Positions 24,890 through 37,827 are shown, numbered from the stretch's first letter. The stretch is 64,000 nt of DNA from Octopus sinensis (GCF_006345805.1 NW_021832855.1:1-64000); one strand, 5' to 3'. The notes: generated by a model not told the origin, from the letters alone. A program made the numbers and translations.

Positions 24890-24900
24890 TAATAATAAAT
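24590..24900 (+). mobile_element. R4/Dong-like non-LTR element 3' end (restriction-like endonuclease) with (TAA)n tail
   Basis: KIGKYNPLKYKIAQLWKMNKVKVVPIIVGSLGTVP matches K..KY..L..EI.rLW....vkVVPiviGaLGtV. Confidence 0.8.
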
Positions 24901-25116
24901 TTGTTAAATGTCTGTTCCAGTTCTTTATTTCTTGTCAGAGAGCAGGACAACCCTACAAGGAACTGAATTCATTCTGAAATGTAAAGAAGGTTGGAGTCAT
25001 TTGGAGCCAGTTTCATGCCAGGTATTAGGAAGCGCATTCCTTCTCGTGCACCTGTGATCAAAGTGGATTCAAAGCAGTTATTGTGGAGGCTGACACATCC
25101 TACATCTGATACATAC

Positions 25117-25523
25117 TGTTTTACTTGTTTCAGTCATTTGACTGCGGCCATGCTGGAGCACCGCCTTTAATCAAGCAACTCAACCCTGGGACTTATTCTT
25201 TGTAAGCCCAGTACTTATTCTATCGGTCTCTTTTGCCGAACTGCTAAGTTACAGGGGACATAAACACACCAGCATCAGTTGTCAAGCAATGCTAGGGGGA
25301 CAAACACAGACACACAAACACACACATGCATATATATATATATATATATACATATATACGACAGGCTTCTTTCAGTTTCCATCTACCAAATCCACTCACA
25401 AGGCTTTGGTCGGCCCGAGGCTATAGTAGAAGACACTTGCCCAAGGTGTCACGAAGTGGGACTGAACCCGGAACCATGTGGTTGGTAAGCAAGCTACTTA
25501 CCACACAGCCACTCCTGCACCTA
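25117..25523 (-). mobile_element. SINE A, full length (tail-half copy at 25757-25990)
   Basis: Family A sequence. Confidence 0.9.
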
Positions 25524-26649
25524 CATGTTCAATTTTTGAAAAGTAATCCTTTCCATTCTTTTTCCTTTCAGCTGTCATCTGTCACTGTCCATATTTCTTA
25601 AACGAATGTTTCAATTAAGCAGGGGATAATTACATTGACACACATGCATTAAGTGAAGGAATTTTAAAACCTAAAAATATGTAAACAAACCACAATGTTT
25701 GAAGTTGAACCCCCAACAAGGCTCCCAATTATTTACCAACAGAGAATTCTTTTATTTTTTTACTTGTTTCAGTCATTTGACTGCAGCCATGCTGGAGCAC
25801 CGCCTTTTAAACAAAGAAATTGATCCCAGAACTTATTCTTTGTAAGCCTGGTACTTATTCTATCGATCTCTTTTGCCGAACAGCTAAGTTACGGGGATGT
25901 AAATACATCAACATTGGTTGTCAAGAAATGGAGGGAAGACAAACACAAAGACACACACGTGTTTGTGTGTGTGCGTGCGTGCATGTGTGTGTGTGTGTGT
26001 GGTATATATATATATAATAATAATAATAATTTGAGGGAATAATATTCCTAACACAGGGAAAAATTCAATTTAGAAATACTAAATCAAATTTCACACATAC
26101 TATTTGACCATCCTCACAATGATAAAAGGAAATAAAATTTATGGCCTACCTCCCTGCCACCACACACTCAGTGACACTGTAAAGTGGTCAAAGCTGAAAT
26201 TCTTAGAACCCCCTTGGAGTCAATATCCTGTCCAGCAAACCAAAAAGATTCTTTCCTTCTTCTTCCCTTTCCCTTCCCCTCTTTCTCTTTAGCACTCACC
26301 TCAGATACAAACACACACACACCACACACACACATACACACATGTTCTCTCTCTCACTTTCTCCTCATCCACCTCACCCTCTTGTACTGTCTTACATTCC
26401 TCCCCACCACTACGAAACTATAAAATGATTAAAATTCCCCACAAAGGAACTTATTTTGATTTGAAAACCCCACTAGAATGGGAGAAAGTGCTAATGATCT
26501 AAGTGATATGATATATATGTAAAAAATGTAATATATAAATAAATATCTGTAAATATAAACCATCCGATCTTCTGAGTACCTCATTTCTTCTAATATATAA
26601 TACCTGTACATCATCTCCAAACCTTCCAATATATATATATATATATATA

Positions 26650-27100
26650 TTAATTGGTGAATGCAATTGTCTTCCCAATAGCAACATATGGATGCGAGAA
26701 CTGGACACTAAAGAAAGCTGACCAGAAGAGAATTAATGCATTCGAGCTTTGGTGTTGGAGAAGACTTTTACGGATTCCATGGACAGCGAGGCTCACCAAC
26801 GGAGAAGTTCTTAAGCAGATCAGGCCGAAAATGTCACTAGAAGCTAGGATCACCAAGTATAGATTGGCATATTTCAGTCATATTAGGCGGAGAAAATCCC
26901 TGGAGAAGGACATCATGCTCGGAATGGTCAGTGGCAAGAGAGGAAGAGGCCGACCAAGAACCCGCTGGCTTGACACCATCAAGAGTGATACCGGAATGGA
27001 CATGGCCAATCTGAAAGAAGCGGCCCAGGATAGAACTGACTGGAGGACACTGATCCAACGAGTGACCGAGAGTCAACTTCGACTGAGCGGATAGATAGAT
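26650..27100 (+). mobile_element. BovB-like RTE LINE 3' end, open frame of 146 aa
   Basis: VNAIVFPIATYGCENWTLKKADQKRINAFELWCWRRLLRIPWTAR...SLEKDIMLG...RGRGRPRTRWLD...ESQLRLSG*; (GATA)n tail; 5' end at (TA)n. Confidence 0.9.
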
Positions 27101-27587
27101 AGATATTGATATACGCACATATGTAACTAAAGTTACACCAAGAGAAAATTGCACAATAACCATACCAGTCTAGAGATGCATAGACAGACAGGCAGACCAG
27201 CAGACAGGCAGTCAGGTATGAAAGCAGATAGATAGATATATCATTATCATCATCATCATTATTGTTTTACATCCAATTCACATTTCCATGCTGGCATGGG
27301 TTGGACGGCTTTTATTTTTGGCAGTGTTTCACAACTGGATGCTCTTCCTGTCCACAACCCTCTCAGTTGCCCCTCTCGAAACACAGGACCTAGATTCACC
27401 AATTCCAAAACCAAGAGAAGACTAACAGAATGGTCCATTGTACAAAATTAACCCGTGGTGCATTCGGTCATGTCTCTTTTACGCTCAAATCAAATTTGCC
27501 ATTTTTTTTCCCCAGTAGCATTAACTGAAACCCCTAAAGGCAGTGCTATAGAATGTCCAAAGAATGGATTCGAAGCTGTGAAAAGAA

Positions 27588-28387
27588 TCTATATATATAT
27601 AAAGCTGAAGTTGTCTGTGTGTGGCAGGTTTGGTAGCCTTCAACTAACACTATCTCCTCCGAGACCCTGCGGCACAAGTTGACCAAAATTGAGAGTATGA
27701 TAGAAGAAGGCTTGCTCTTCATTCCGTAGAAGATAAAATTCAAATCGGACCATGTTAACACCTAAATTTATTTACATCAAAAAGGTGCTTTTTTTCTATG
27801 AAAATTCCTATTTTTTTACGATTTTTTGACTGCTGTGTCGCCATTTTTCGGTGTTTTTCAACCAGAAAAATCTCTCTATATATATAAAGCTGAAGTTGTT
27901 TGTGTGTGGCAGGTTTGGTAGCCTTCAACTAACACTATCTCCTCCAAGACCCTGTGGCACAAGTTGACCAAAATTGAGAGTATGATAGAAGAAGGCTTGC
28001 TCTTCATTCCGTAGAAGATAAAATTCAAATCGGACCTTGTTAAGACCAAAAATTATTTACATCAAAAAGGTGCTTTTTTTCTATGAAAATCCTTATTTTT
28101 TTACAATTTTTTGACTGCTGTGTCGCCATTTTTCGGTGTATTTCAACCAGAAAAATGTTCACTTAAAGAGAATAACAAGCTACATAATGCAAAATTTTTA
28201 CTTTTCAAAAATTCCAATTCTAAAGGATCGAAACAAACCCAAGCAACACCGGGCAATACTGCTAGTATATATATATATATACAATATATGTATATTTATA
28301 TATATATATATATATATATATACTTTTCAAAAATTCCAATTCTAAAGGGTCGAAACAAACCCGAGCAACGCCGGGTGATACTGCTAG
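27588..28387 (+). mobile_element. Non-autonomous Helitron with duplicated 5' and 3' ends
   Basis: A|TCTATATATATAAAGC starts at 27588 and ~27871-27875. Hairpin CCCGAGCAACGCCGGG (28360-28375) then CTAG|T (28384-28387); an earlier CTAG end at 28262-28265. Confidence 0.85.
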
Positions 28388-29499
28388 TATATTAATACAA
28401 AAGAAGCCAATTTTTACAATAATGGCAGCAGACGAAAGACCAAAACAGAAATTCTTGAGGTGATTAATTTTTACTGAATAAAGATTTCATTTTCTTGCAA
28501 ATGCTTTTGAAGTGCTTTCTCAAAGACTCTGAATGGAGAATGGTAACACAGAACTTTCTCTTTCTAACCACATCACTAATATATTCAAATGGTTATGAAA
28601 TTTGCTTGGTAACCTTGATGTTTTGGGTTCGATTTAACTGCGAGGTATCTTGGGCAAGTGTCATTTTCTATAGCCTCAAATCAATACCTGACTTGTCAGT
28701 GGAATTGGGTAGAGGGAAACTGTAGAAAATCCCATCAAGTCGATTGTAACAGTAATTCGAAAGGTACAGACTTGTTACACTCATTGTGTCACGCTGATTC
28801 TGTTCGAGAATTTTGCTTAGGAATATTCAGCCGCTTGCATACTAATTGAGGGGTAGGCAATTCAGTTGATCAGATCAGACGACTGACTCTTCTGTTGTCG
28901 AACAACAGAGATCAACCAGCACTAATGAAATACACTCCTTCTGGGTATCATTTTATCTTGTTTCAGTCATTAGACTGTGGCCATGCTGGGGCACCACCTT
29001 CAAAGATTTTAGTCAAACTCATCAACCCCTGTACTTATTTTCTTTTCAGTCACTTTTTCCAAACCACTGAGTTATAGGGGATGTAAACACACCAACACAA
29101 GTTCTCAAGCAGTGGAAGATGATGTATGCACACACAAACCAGGCTTCTTTCAGTTTCCATCTACCAAATCCACTCACAAAGCTTCGGTTGGCCTTTTTTT
29201 CACATTGCTCCATTATTCCACTCAGGTGGCAAAAATGAATTGTACCTGTATTTCAAAGGGCCAGCCTTGTCACAATCTGTGTCACGCTGAATCTACCCGA
29301 GTACTACATTAAGGGTATGTGTATCTATGGAGTACTCAGCTACTTGCTCATTAATTTCATAAGCAGGCTGTTTGGTTCATTAAATCAAAATAGAACACTT
29401 ATAACCAACAGCATGCTAGCACTGCATGAGTATTTATTATCACAGGCAATGAGACCATCCTGACAATGAGCTAATGGTGCAAAATATTAAGGAAACAAC

Positions 29500-29574
29500 C
29501 AACATATATATATATATATATAATATATATATATATAATATATATATATACATATATATATACTATATATATAC

Positions 29575-29641
<67 letters not shown>

Positions 29642-29642
29642 C

Positions 29643-29673
<31 letters not shown>

Positions 29674-29701
29674 CATATATATACATATATTATATATATA
29701 C

Positions 29702-29741
<40 letters not shown>

Positions 29742-29818
29742 ATATACATATATATATACATATATATATATATACACACATATATATACATACATATATA
29801 TACACATACATATATTGT
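29500..29818. repeat. (TA)n/(TACA)n tract
   Basis: Seen directly. Confidence 0.97.
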
Positions 29819-29819
29819 G

Positions 29820-30210
29820 TCGGTGGCACATAAAATCACTCACTACACTCTCGGAGTGGTTGGCGTTAGGAAGGGCATCCAGCTGTAGAAACACTGCCAG
29901 ATCTGACTGGACTGGTGCAGCCTTCGGGCTCCCCAGACCCCAGTTGAACCGTCCAACCCATGCTAGCATGGAAAGCGGACGTTAAATGATGATGATGATG
30001 ATATATATATATATATATATATTTACACACACACTAGAGTATATATCATCATCATCATCGTCGTTTAACATCCGCTTTCCATGCTGGCATGGGTTGGATG
30101 GTTTCACTGAGGACTGGCAAGCCAGATGGCTGCACCAGGCTCCAATCTGATCTGGCAGAGTTTCTACAGCTGGATGCCCTTCCTAACACCAACCACTCCA
30201 AGAGTGTAAT
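29820..30210. mobile_element. Two family E copies tail-to-tail: 29820-30002 (+) and 30044-30210 (-)
   Basis: (GAT)n and (CAT)n tails face each other across (TA)n. Confidence 0.85.
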
Positions 30211-30888
30211 ATATATATATAATGATAAAATATGAAAAATCAACAAAAATGCACATTTTAAATAAAAAAAGGATTTTTATGACAGGTAACCTTTTAAGCC
30301 TTTTTTTATTTACAATGTGCATTTTTGTTGATTTTTCATATTTTACTCTTACATTTCCACGTGTATTTTATATTTTCCTTTTGTAACATATTTCTACTAT
30401 ATATATACATATACGCTTGTGGCCAAGAACTGACCTGCAAGCAATCATAACAGTGGACAGTTGTCAAAGGAAGACACCAGAGGTCATTTGTTTACCTGAT
30501 GACACAGGAAAGAAGAAGGCTTAAATATACCACAGCAAAAAGGTTCTAACATTAAATTATGAGAGAAAATTGGAAATTTAGCATACAGACTTCATAAAAT
30601 ACGAGATTCTTATACCATAGAACCATATTTAATCTAAACTAGAATTCTGAAAATAATCAAGATTTTAGAAATATATATTTAGTGAAAGAAGTAAGGTTCT
30701 TATGGAGGGAAGTTTTAACATACAGACTTTATAAAATAGAATGATTTATTTGACAGAACCAGATTTAGTTTCAGGTGAAATGTTGAAAATAATTGGTTTT
30801 GGATGGGTTTTATTTAGTAAAATAACATTTTTTTTTCTTTATTCAACTGGTTTTTAGAGCATGACGAAAAGTTTTTACATCAAATTAT

Positions 30889-31933
30889 GGAAGATATGTC
30901 TTAACTCTTTAGGATTTAAACAGGTCATATTTGGAAGATGTGTCTTAACTCTTTAGCATTTAAACAGGTCATATTTGGAAGATGTGTCTTAACTCTTTAG
31001 GATTTAAACAGGTCGTATTTGGAAGATGTGTCTTAACTCTTTAGGATTTAAACAGGTCATATTTGGAAGATGTGTCTTAACTCTTTAGCATTTAAACAGG
31101 TCATATTTGGAAGATGTGTCTTAACTCTTTAGGTTTTAAACAGGTCGTATTTGGAAGATGTGTCTTAACTCTAGGATTTAAACAGGTCATATTTGGAAGA
31201 TGTGTCTTAACTCTTTAGGATTTAAACAAGTCGTATTTGGAAGATGTGTCTTAACTCTTTAGCATTTAAACAGGTCATATTTGGAAGATGTGTCTTAACT
31301 CTTTAGCATTTAAACAGGTCGTATTTGGAAGATGTGTCTTAACTCTTTAGGATTTAAACAGGTCATATTTGGAGATGTGTCTTAACTCTTTAGCATTTAA
31401 ACAGGTCATATTGGAAGATGTGTCTTAACTCTTTAGGATTTAAACAGGTCGTATTTGGAAGATGGTCTTAACTCTTTAGGATTTAAACAGGTCATATTTG
31501 GAAGATGTGTCTAACTCTTTAGCATTTAAACAGGTCATATTTGGAAGATGTGTCTTAACTCTTTAGGTTTTAAACAGGTCGTATTTGGAGATGTGTCTTA
31601 ACTCTAGGATTTAAACAGGTCTATTTGGAAGATGTGTCTAACTCTTTAGGATTTAAACAAGTCGTATTTGGAAGATGTGTCTTAACTCTTTAGCATTTAA
31701 ACAGGTCATATTTGGAAGATGTGTCTTAACTCTTTAGCATTTAAACAGGTCGTATTTGGAAGATGTGTCTTAACTCTTTAGGATTTAAACAGGTCATATT
31801 TGGAAGATGTGTCTTAACTCTTTAGCATTTAAACAGGTCATATTTGGAAGATGTGTCTTAACTCTTTAGCATTTAAACAGGTCATATTTGGAAGATGTGT
31901 CTTAACTCTTTAGGATTTAAACAGGTCATATTT
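30889..31933. repeat. 44-bp minisatellite, 24 units
   Basis: Unit GGAAGATGTGTCTTAACTCTTTAG(C/G)ATTTAAACAGGTC(A/G)TATTT. Confidence 0.97.
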
Positions 31934-32111
31934 GGCCGAAATATTCAACCTGTTTTATGTTCAAACTGGCCATATCCAGCCTGTCACACCTATCCTACAA
32001 TGTCATCATAAAAATAAACAATGACATCGGTAGAATCTTGAAGGTATGAGATAATGTATGATTAATTCAAAACAATGTGAATAAATAATGACCTGAATAC
32101 TAAAGGGTTAA
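31902..32111 (+). mobile_element. TTAA-flanked MITE (relative at ~51455-51667)
   Basis: TTAA|CTCTTTAGGATT...AATACTAAAGGG|TTAA; the interior matches 51480-51665. Confidence 0.8.
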
Positions 32112-34675
32112 CTTATAAACATTCAAAACCAGGTTCAATTCCAGACAGAATTTTGAAAATAGTCAGAATTTTGGAGATTTCATTAGTGAAATATGGTCCT
32201 TACATTAAATTAAGGAGGATAATTTTAATATACATGCTTTATAACATAAGAGACTTTATATAATAGAGTTAGGTTCAATCTCAAGTAAAATTTTGAAGAT
32301 AAGATTTTGGCGAGATTTATTGAGTAAAATAAAGCTTTTTTTTTGTTATTCAGTAGGTGTTTGGAACATAAATGGCCCTTACATTAAATTATGAAGGGGA
32401 ATTTTAATTTAATGTGTAATCTTTATAAAATAGGGTTTATATTTATAGAACCAAGTTCAATTTCAGATAGAATTTTGAAATAATCAAGATTCAGGTAGAC
32501 TTATGATAAAAATCTAAATTTATCAAAGTGTAAAATACAAGGTTTATTTCATTGAACCAAGTTCAATCTCAGCAAGAAATTTTAAAATAACTGAGATTTG
32601 GTACAAATTATTCAATAAATTAATTAATCAGTTGATGTCTGGAACATAATTAAAAAAATGAGCATTAAATTATGAAGGAAACTTCAAATTTATCATATGA
32701 ATACTATAAAAGAGGTTTTAATTCACAAAGTCAGGTTCAATTTTAGTCAGAATTTTGAAAATAAAGAAGGTTTTAAAAGGGATTTATTTAGTAAACTCAT
32801 TATTTAGTTGGTGTCTGGAATCTAACAAAACAATTTTTCATTAAATTATGAGAGAAAGACTTAATTTATCACATCAACGCTATAAAATAGCCTTTAAATC
32901 CATAGAACCCGGTTCAATTTCAGATAGAATGTTGAAAGTAAGGAAGAGTTTTGGGGTTAGATTTATTCAGTGATCATTACATTAAATTATGAAGGGAAGG
33001 TTTTTTTTTAATTTCACATATCAACTTTGTGAAATAGATTTTATTTCATAGAACCATGATCAATCTCAGATAGTATTTTGGAAATAATGAAAATTTTTGG
33101 AAGGATTTACTTGATAAAATAAGGATTTTTTTCATTTTTCCATTGTTGTCCGCAACAAAACAAAATATCTTATTAAATTAAGGTGGAAAGTTTTATTTTA
33201 CAAATGATTTTTATATAAAATATGAAGTCTTTATATCCTAGAATCAGAGGGCAGTCTTGGGCAAGTTGGCATCAAAAGGGATAAGGGTGTTTTTGACAAT
33301 TGATAATATTGAATTTCGTGGCAAGGAATTTATCAACAGAGATTCCACAAATAAAATATTATATTTTGTTTGTTTTTTTCAATCATATTTTTCCCTGAAA
33401 ACCTACTAAAACCACTGTAGCCACCCAAGCAAATAACCACCAAATTGTGAGTTATATATGGTGAGATTTTTAATTCAAACGAACTGGCTGTGGTTTATCA
33501 GATTGGTAGATGGCAATCCAATAAGTTTGTAGATATGAAAAAAAGAAATGAATTCAGTATACACAATTCAGGCAGTTAAATTAAAATAGCAACTTATGTA
33601 TCAAACTCAATGTATACACACTGTCGATAAGGCCAGTTACTGTAGTATTTGTCCTGACATAGCATCTCTCAATAATTTTCATAGATGAAAATTTGTCTCA
33701 GCAATGACCTGCAAGAACATCAGATGCCTTTAAACTTTTTGGGGGCCCATCTCAAATGACACGTACTCCCTGCCAGCTCTGTCTGCTTGGACAAGAAGTC
33801 ATTGCTTGCACCACTGAGAAAGCCCAAAAATGCTGAAATGCATTTGACATTCTCTCTTGCTGTTGTTGGGATGGATTGTTGTCTCTCTTTCTAATGTTTG
33901 TGCTTATTTTTTAACACAGCAAGTTCATTAAGAGATGTTATCTCAGGAAAAACACAGCAGCAACTTGCCTATCAAATGACTCATAGTGGACTAAAGAAAA
34001 ACTTTTTGAAATAAGTTAATTTGCCATGAGGAATGAGAAATCTGTTTTTTGGGGGCATTTGTCTTTCTTTAGAGTGAAAAAAAAATATGGGAAAAAAAAA
34101 GAAAAAGAATTTGAGACCAATATTGTGGGATTGTGGGGTGAGTAGATGCTGAAACAAATATTTGTAGAAAAAGTTTTGGAAAGACATTGATTTGGCATAA
34201 AGACAAAAAATAATGTTCGGTTCTCATGTTGTATAAATGCGTTGGTAAAATTGGTAAAACATTCACAGACATTTGCAAAATATATATATAACCTCTTTGT
34301 TACCATATTTCTACAGAAAGTACTCTGCCTGTGTTTCAAATAATTTTGAAATGAAGAATTTAGTGAAATAACTTTGTTCGTATTAAAGTGCGGTTTGGAA
34401 CATAAATCAACTTGATATTCAGATCGTTATAAAACAAGGAATTTTTACAATTAGAACCAAGGACAATCTTCAGTGGATTGGTATCAAAATGGTTGACCAC
34501 TTTGTCACCACACTTCTGTAGAAATATTCTACATCGGTTTCAAATAATTTTGAAATGATGGATTTAATGAAATAACTTTGTTCTTACAAAAGTGGTTTTT
34601 GGAACATAAATTAACTTGATATTCAGATCATTATAAAACAAGGAATTTATGTTATGGAAATAAGATGGTCTAGAG

Positions 34676-36549
34676 CAGGGGGTCACCAAACTTTTTTCAC
34701 GACAGGTCAGATAACTACGAGAATGACAAGCGCGGGCTGCATATCCATTTTGTTCGATTCAACACAGTGATTACACAAAAAATAAAGACAACTGACATTT
34801 ATTTACTAAAAAGTTATCAAAGAAGGGGACGTTAGCAATAAAATATATCATACCCTGTATGCACATATCTGAATATCACAAACTAAGCAGCAAAAAATAT
34901 TAGTGAGATTTGCGAAACAGGTGTTAAGCTTTTAAGATGTCATCAATATTTGCTTTGGAATTGCTGCATCCGACCAAGAGAATTGCTTTCAAATGTTCAT
35001 AAGTCAACCTCGTTCGATGTGCTGACTTCACATCCTTCATTTTTGAAAATGTTTGCTCACAGACAGAAGTTGTTCCAAACACTGATGCCATACCAGAGGC
35101 AAATTTCTTCGACTTGAAAAACTCATCAACAGGTAAACAGTGACAAGATTCTACAAGTTTTCCTTCTCCGTGCTTCTCTTTCAACAAGTCATTTGCTTGC
35201 AAACTAATTAACACCAACTGTAATTTAACCGGCACATCATCAAGGTTACAATCAAACGGATTCAGGAACAGAAGAATGTCCCTCTCAGTTCTGTTGAGAT
35301 CTGAAAATCTCTCAAAAAAAAATGCTTATTTAAGTCACAAATAATCTTCTTTGGAAACATTAGGTTAACATCTTCTGCAATTCCAGTGTGAAATTCTTTG
35401 AAACACTGAAAATGAGAGAATTTTCCTCTTTCCAGTTGTGCTTCAAATAATGATAGCTTTCTCCAAAATCCTTTGATGATTTTGTAGAGATCACAGATAA
35501 GCTTATCCGTTCCCTGAAGTTTGAAGTTCAATTCATTCATGTGGGATGTGAAGTCAACCAAAAATGATGACTTTGACAGCCAGGTAGGATCTGACAGAAG
35601 AGAATCACCTTTGTCCTTTTTCGGTGAGAAAAATATCTATTTCTCTTTGGAGCTTATAAAAACAAAACAGGACTTTACTGCAGCTGAGATACTTTAGTGC
35701 TGTGTGATAAGGCAAGTCACAGAATTCAGAATCAATTCCTTCAATAAATAAAGCTCACCACAGAAACGACTGGTTTCAGTCCGCAAAAAATATCCAAGTC
35801 TTTCCCACAGAGTGCTTGCTGATGTATAAACGCAATGTATAAACAGAACGCTCAGGAGTTGAAGATCTTCCAACTTAGTCCTGATCTGCCCCACCAGACC
35901 CTTCCTCACTCCAGCCATGTTTTTTTTTCCACTGCATCAATAGAAACACATCAAAACTGATTCAACTACAGGTTATCATCTTGCTAAGTTTTCTGCACTT
36001 CCATGGAAATCCCTCCTCCAATTCTTGTTCTGTGCATGCTGCAAATAGATGCCAACTTTTCTGTGATCTGAAAGTCCAAATTAACACCACAAATGAACAC
36101 AAGAAGTTGTGATGTACCTGAGAGATCAGTAGACTCATCCAGTGCCAGAGAATACCAAAAGAAGTTCCTAGCTTTCTCATGTATCTGTAGCACTATGTTC
36201 CCTCCAAGTTCCTCTGTCCTCTGCGCAACTGAACTTGCTGAAAGGCTGATACTTCCAAACAAATCAGCTTTCTCAGGGCACAAGTCATTCACTGCTTCTA
36301 TCATACATTCTTTGATAAAGTTGCCATCAGTAAATGGTTTTCCTTATGCATTATTTTGTAGCTTGTATGAGTGACAAATTCATTTTCAGCAAACATTCTC
36401 ACGAAGAAAATGTTTTAAAACACAATCACTGCAGAAATAAACTCTCAAAGCAGGTACTTACATAAAAGGTACAATGCGGTGGCAGTGGGCCAGATGAACT
36501 GACCTCACAGGCCAGATCCGGCTCATGGGCCATAGTTTGGTGACCCCTG
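34676..36549 (-). mobile_element. hAT (SPIN/Buster, GTF2IRD2-like) transposon with a broken transposase
   Basis: TIRs CAGGGG(G)TCACCAAACT / AGTTTGGTGACCCCTG; exact 8-bp TSD GTCTAGAG (34668-34675, 36550-36557); YSLALDESTD, NELNFKLQG and FGTTSVCEQTFSKMK motifs. Confidence 0.95.
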
Positions 36550-36935
36550 GTCTAGAGCGGGTTAACCTTGTTGTTATCATATTTCAGCAGAAATACACTG
36601 CATTTGTTTTTAAATCGTTTTGTAAAAAATGAAGAATTTAGTAAAATACTTTTGTTCTTATTAAAGTGGTTTTTGGATCATAAATTACCATGAGGTCTTG
36701 ATAGAAGGTTCTAATTCAGATCACTTCAAAATAGGGAATTGGCATCATAGAACTAAAGGTTAATTGTAAATGGTTAACCATTTTGTTATCATATTTCTGT
36801 TGAAATAGTCTGCCTAGAATTTAAGTAATTTTGAAATTAATGAAGAATTTGGTGAAATTACTTTGTCATTTCTAAGCTGGTGTTTGGAACAGAGATTAAC
36901 ATGGAATTTTGGTGGAAGGTTTTAATTTAGACTAC

Positions 36936-37235
36936 ATCATCATCATCATCATCATCGTTTAACGTCCGTTTTCCATGCTGGCATGGGTTGGACGGTTTAA
37001 CTGGGGTCTGTGAAGCCAGAAGGCTGCACCAGGCCCAGTCTGATCTGGCAATGTTTCTACAGCTGGATGCCCTTCCTAACGCCAACCACTCCGTGAGTGT
37101 AGTGGGTGCTTTTTACGTGCCACCAGCACGGGGGCCAGGCGAGGCTGGCAACGGCCACAATCGGATGGTGTTTTTTACGTGCCACTGGCACGGGGGCCAG
37201 GCAAGGCTGGCAACGGCCACGAACGGATAGTGCTT
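36936..37235 (-). mobile_element. Family E copy inserted in a MITE unit
   Basis: (CAT)n tail and GTGCCAC repeats. Confidence 0.85.
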
Positions 37236-37415
37236 AAGTTTTTATCATAGAACTAGGGGCAGTTTCAGGTGGGTTGGTGCCAAAAGGGTTAACCCTTTTG
37301 TTACCATGTCTGTTGAAATATACTGCCTTTATTTGCATTAATTTTGAAAATAAAACAAACTTTAGTAAAAGAATTCTGTCATTATGGAACCAGTAACTGG
37401 AAAATAAATTAACAT

Positions 37416-37827
37416 GGCGCAGGAGTGGCTGTGTGGTAAGTAGCTTGCTAATCAACCACATGGTTCCGGGTTCAGTCCCACTGCGTGGCATCTTGGGCAA
37501 GTGTCTTCTGCTATAGCCCCAGGTCGACCAATGCCTTGTGAGTGGATTTGGTAGACGGAAACTGAAAGAAGCCTGTCGTATATATGTATATATATATAAG
37601 TGTGTGTGTATATGTTTGTGTGTCTGTGTTTGTCCCCCTAGCATTGCTTGACAACCGATGCTGGTGTGTTTACGTCGCCGTCACTTAGCGGTTCGGCGAA
37701 AGAGACCAATAGAATAAGTACTGGGCTTACAAAAGAATAAGTCCCGGGGTCGATTTGCTCGACTAAAGGCGGTGCTCCAGCATGGCCGCAGTCAAATGAC
37801 TGAAACAAGTAAAAGAGTAAAAGAGTA
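37416..37827 (+). mobile_element. SINE A, full length, inserted in a MITE unit
   Basis: Splits AATTAACATGG|AATTTT with a short ATGG duplication. Confidence 0.9.

Larger units (their letters stand above)
30540..33240. repeat. Degenerate ~140-190-bp tandem array related to the TTAA-MITE interior
   Basis: Recurrent CATTAAATTATGA...TTTATAAAATAG...AGAACCAGGTTCAAT...AGAATTTTGAAA near 30550, 32204, 32381, 32663, 32839, 32980 and 33171. Confidence 0.7.

Noticed and set aside
30889-31933. CRISPR-like regular repeat array
   Set aside because: Units are contiguous with no unique spacers, there are no cas genes, and the context is eukaryotic. The same applies to 49569-50304.
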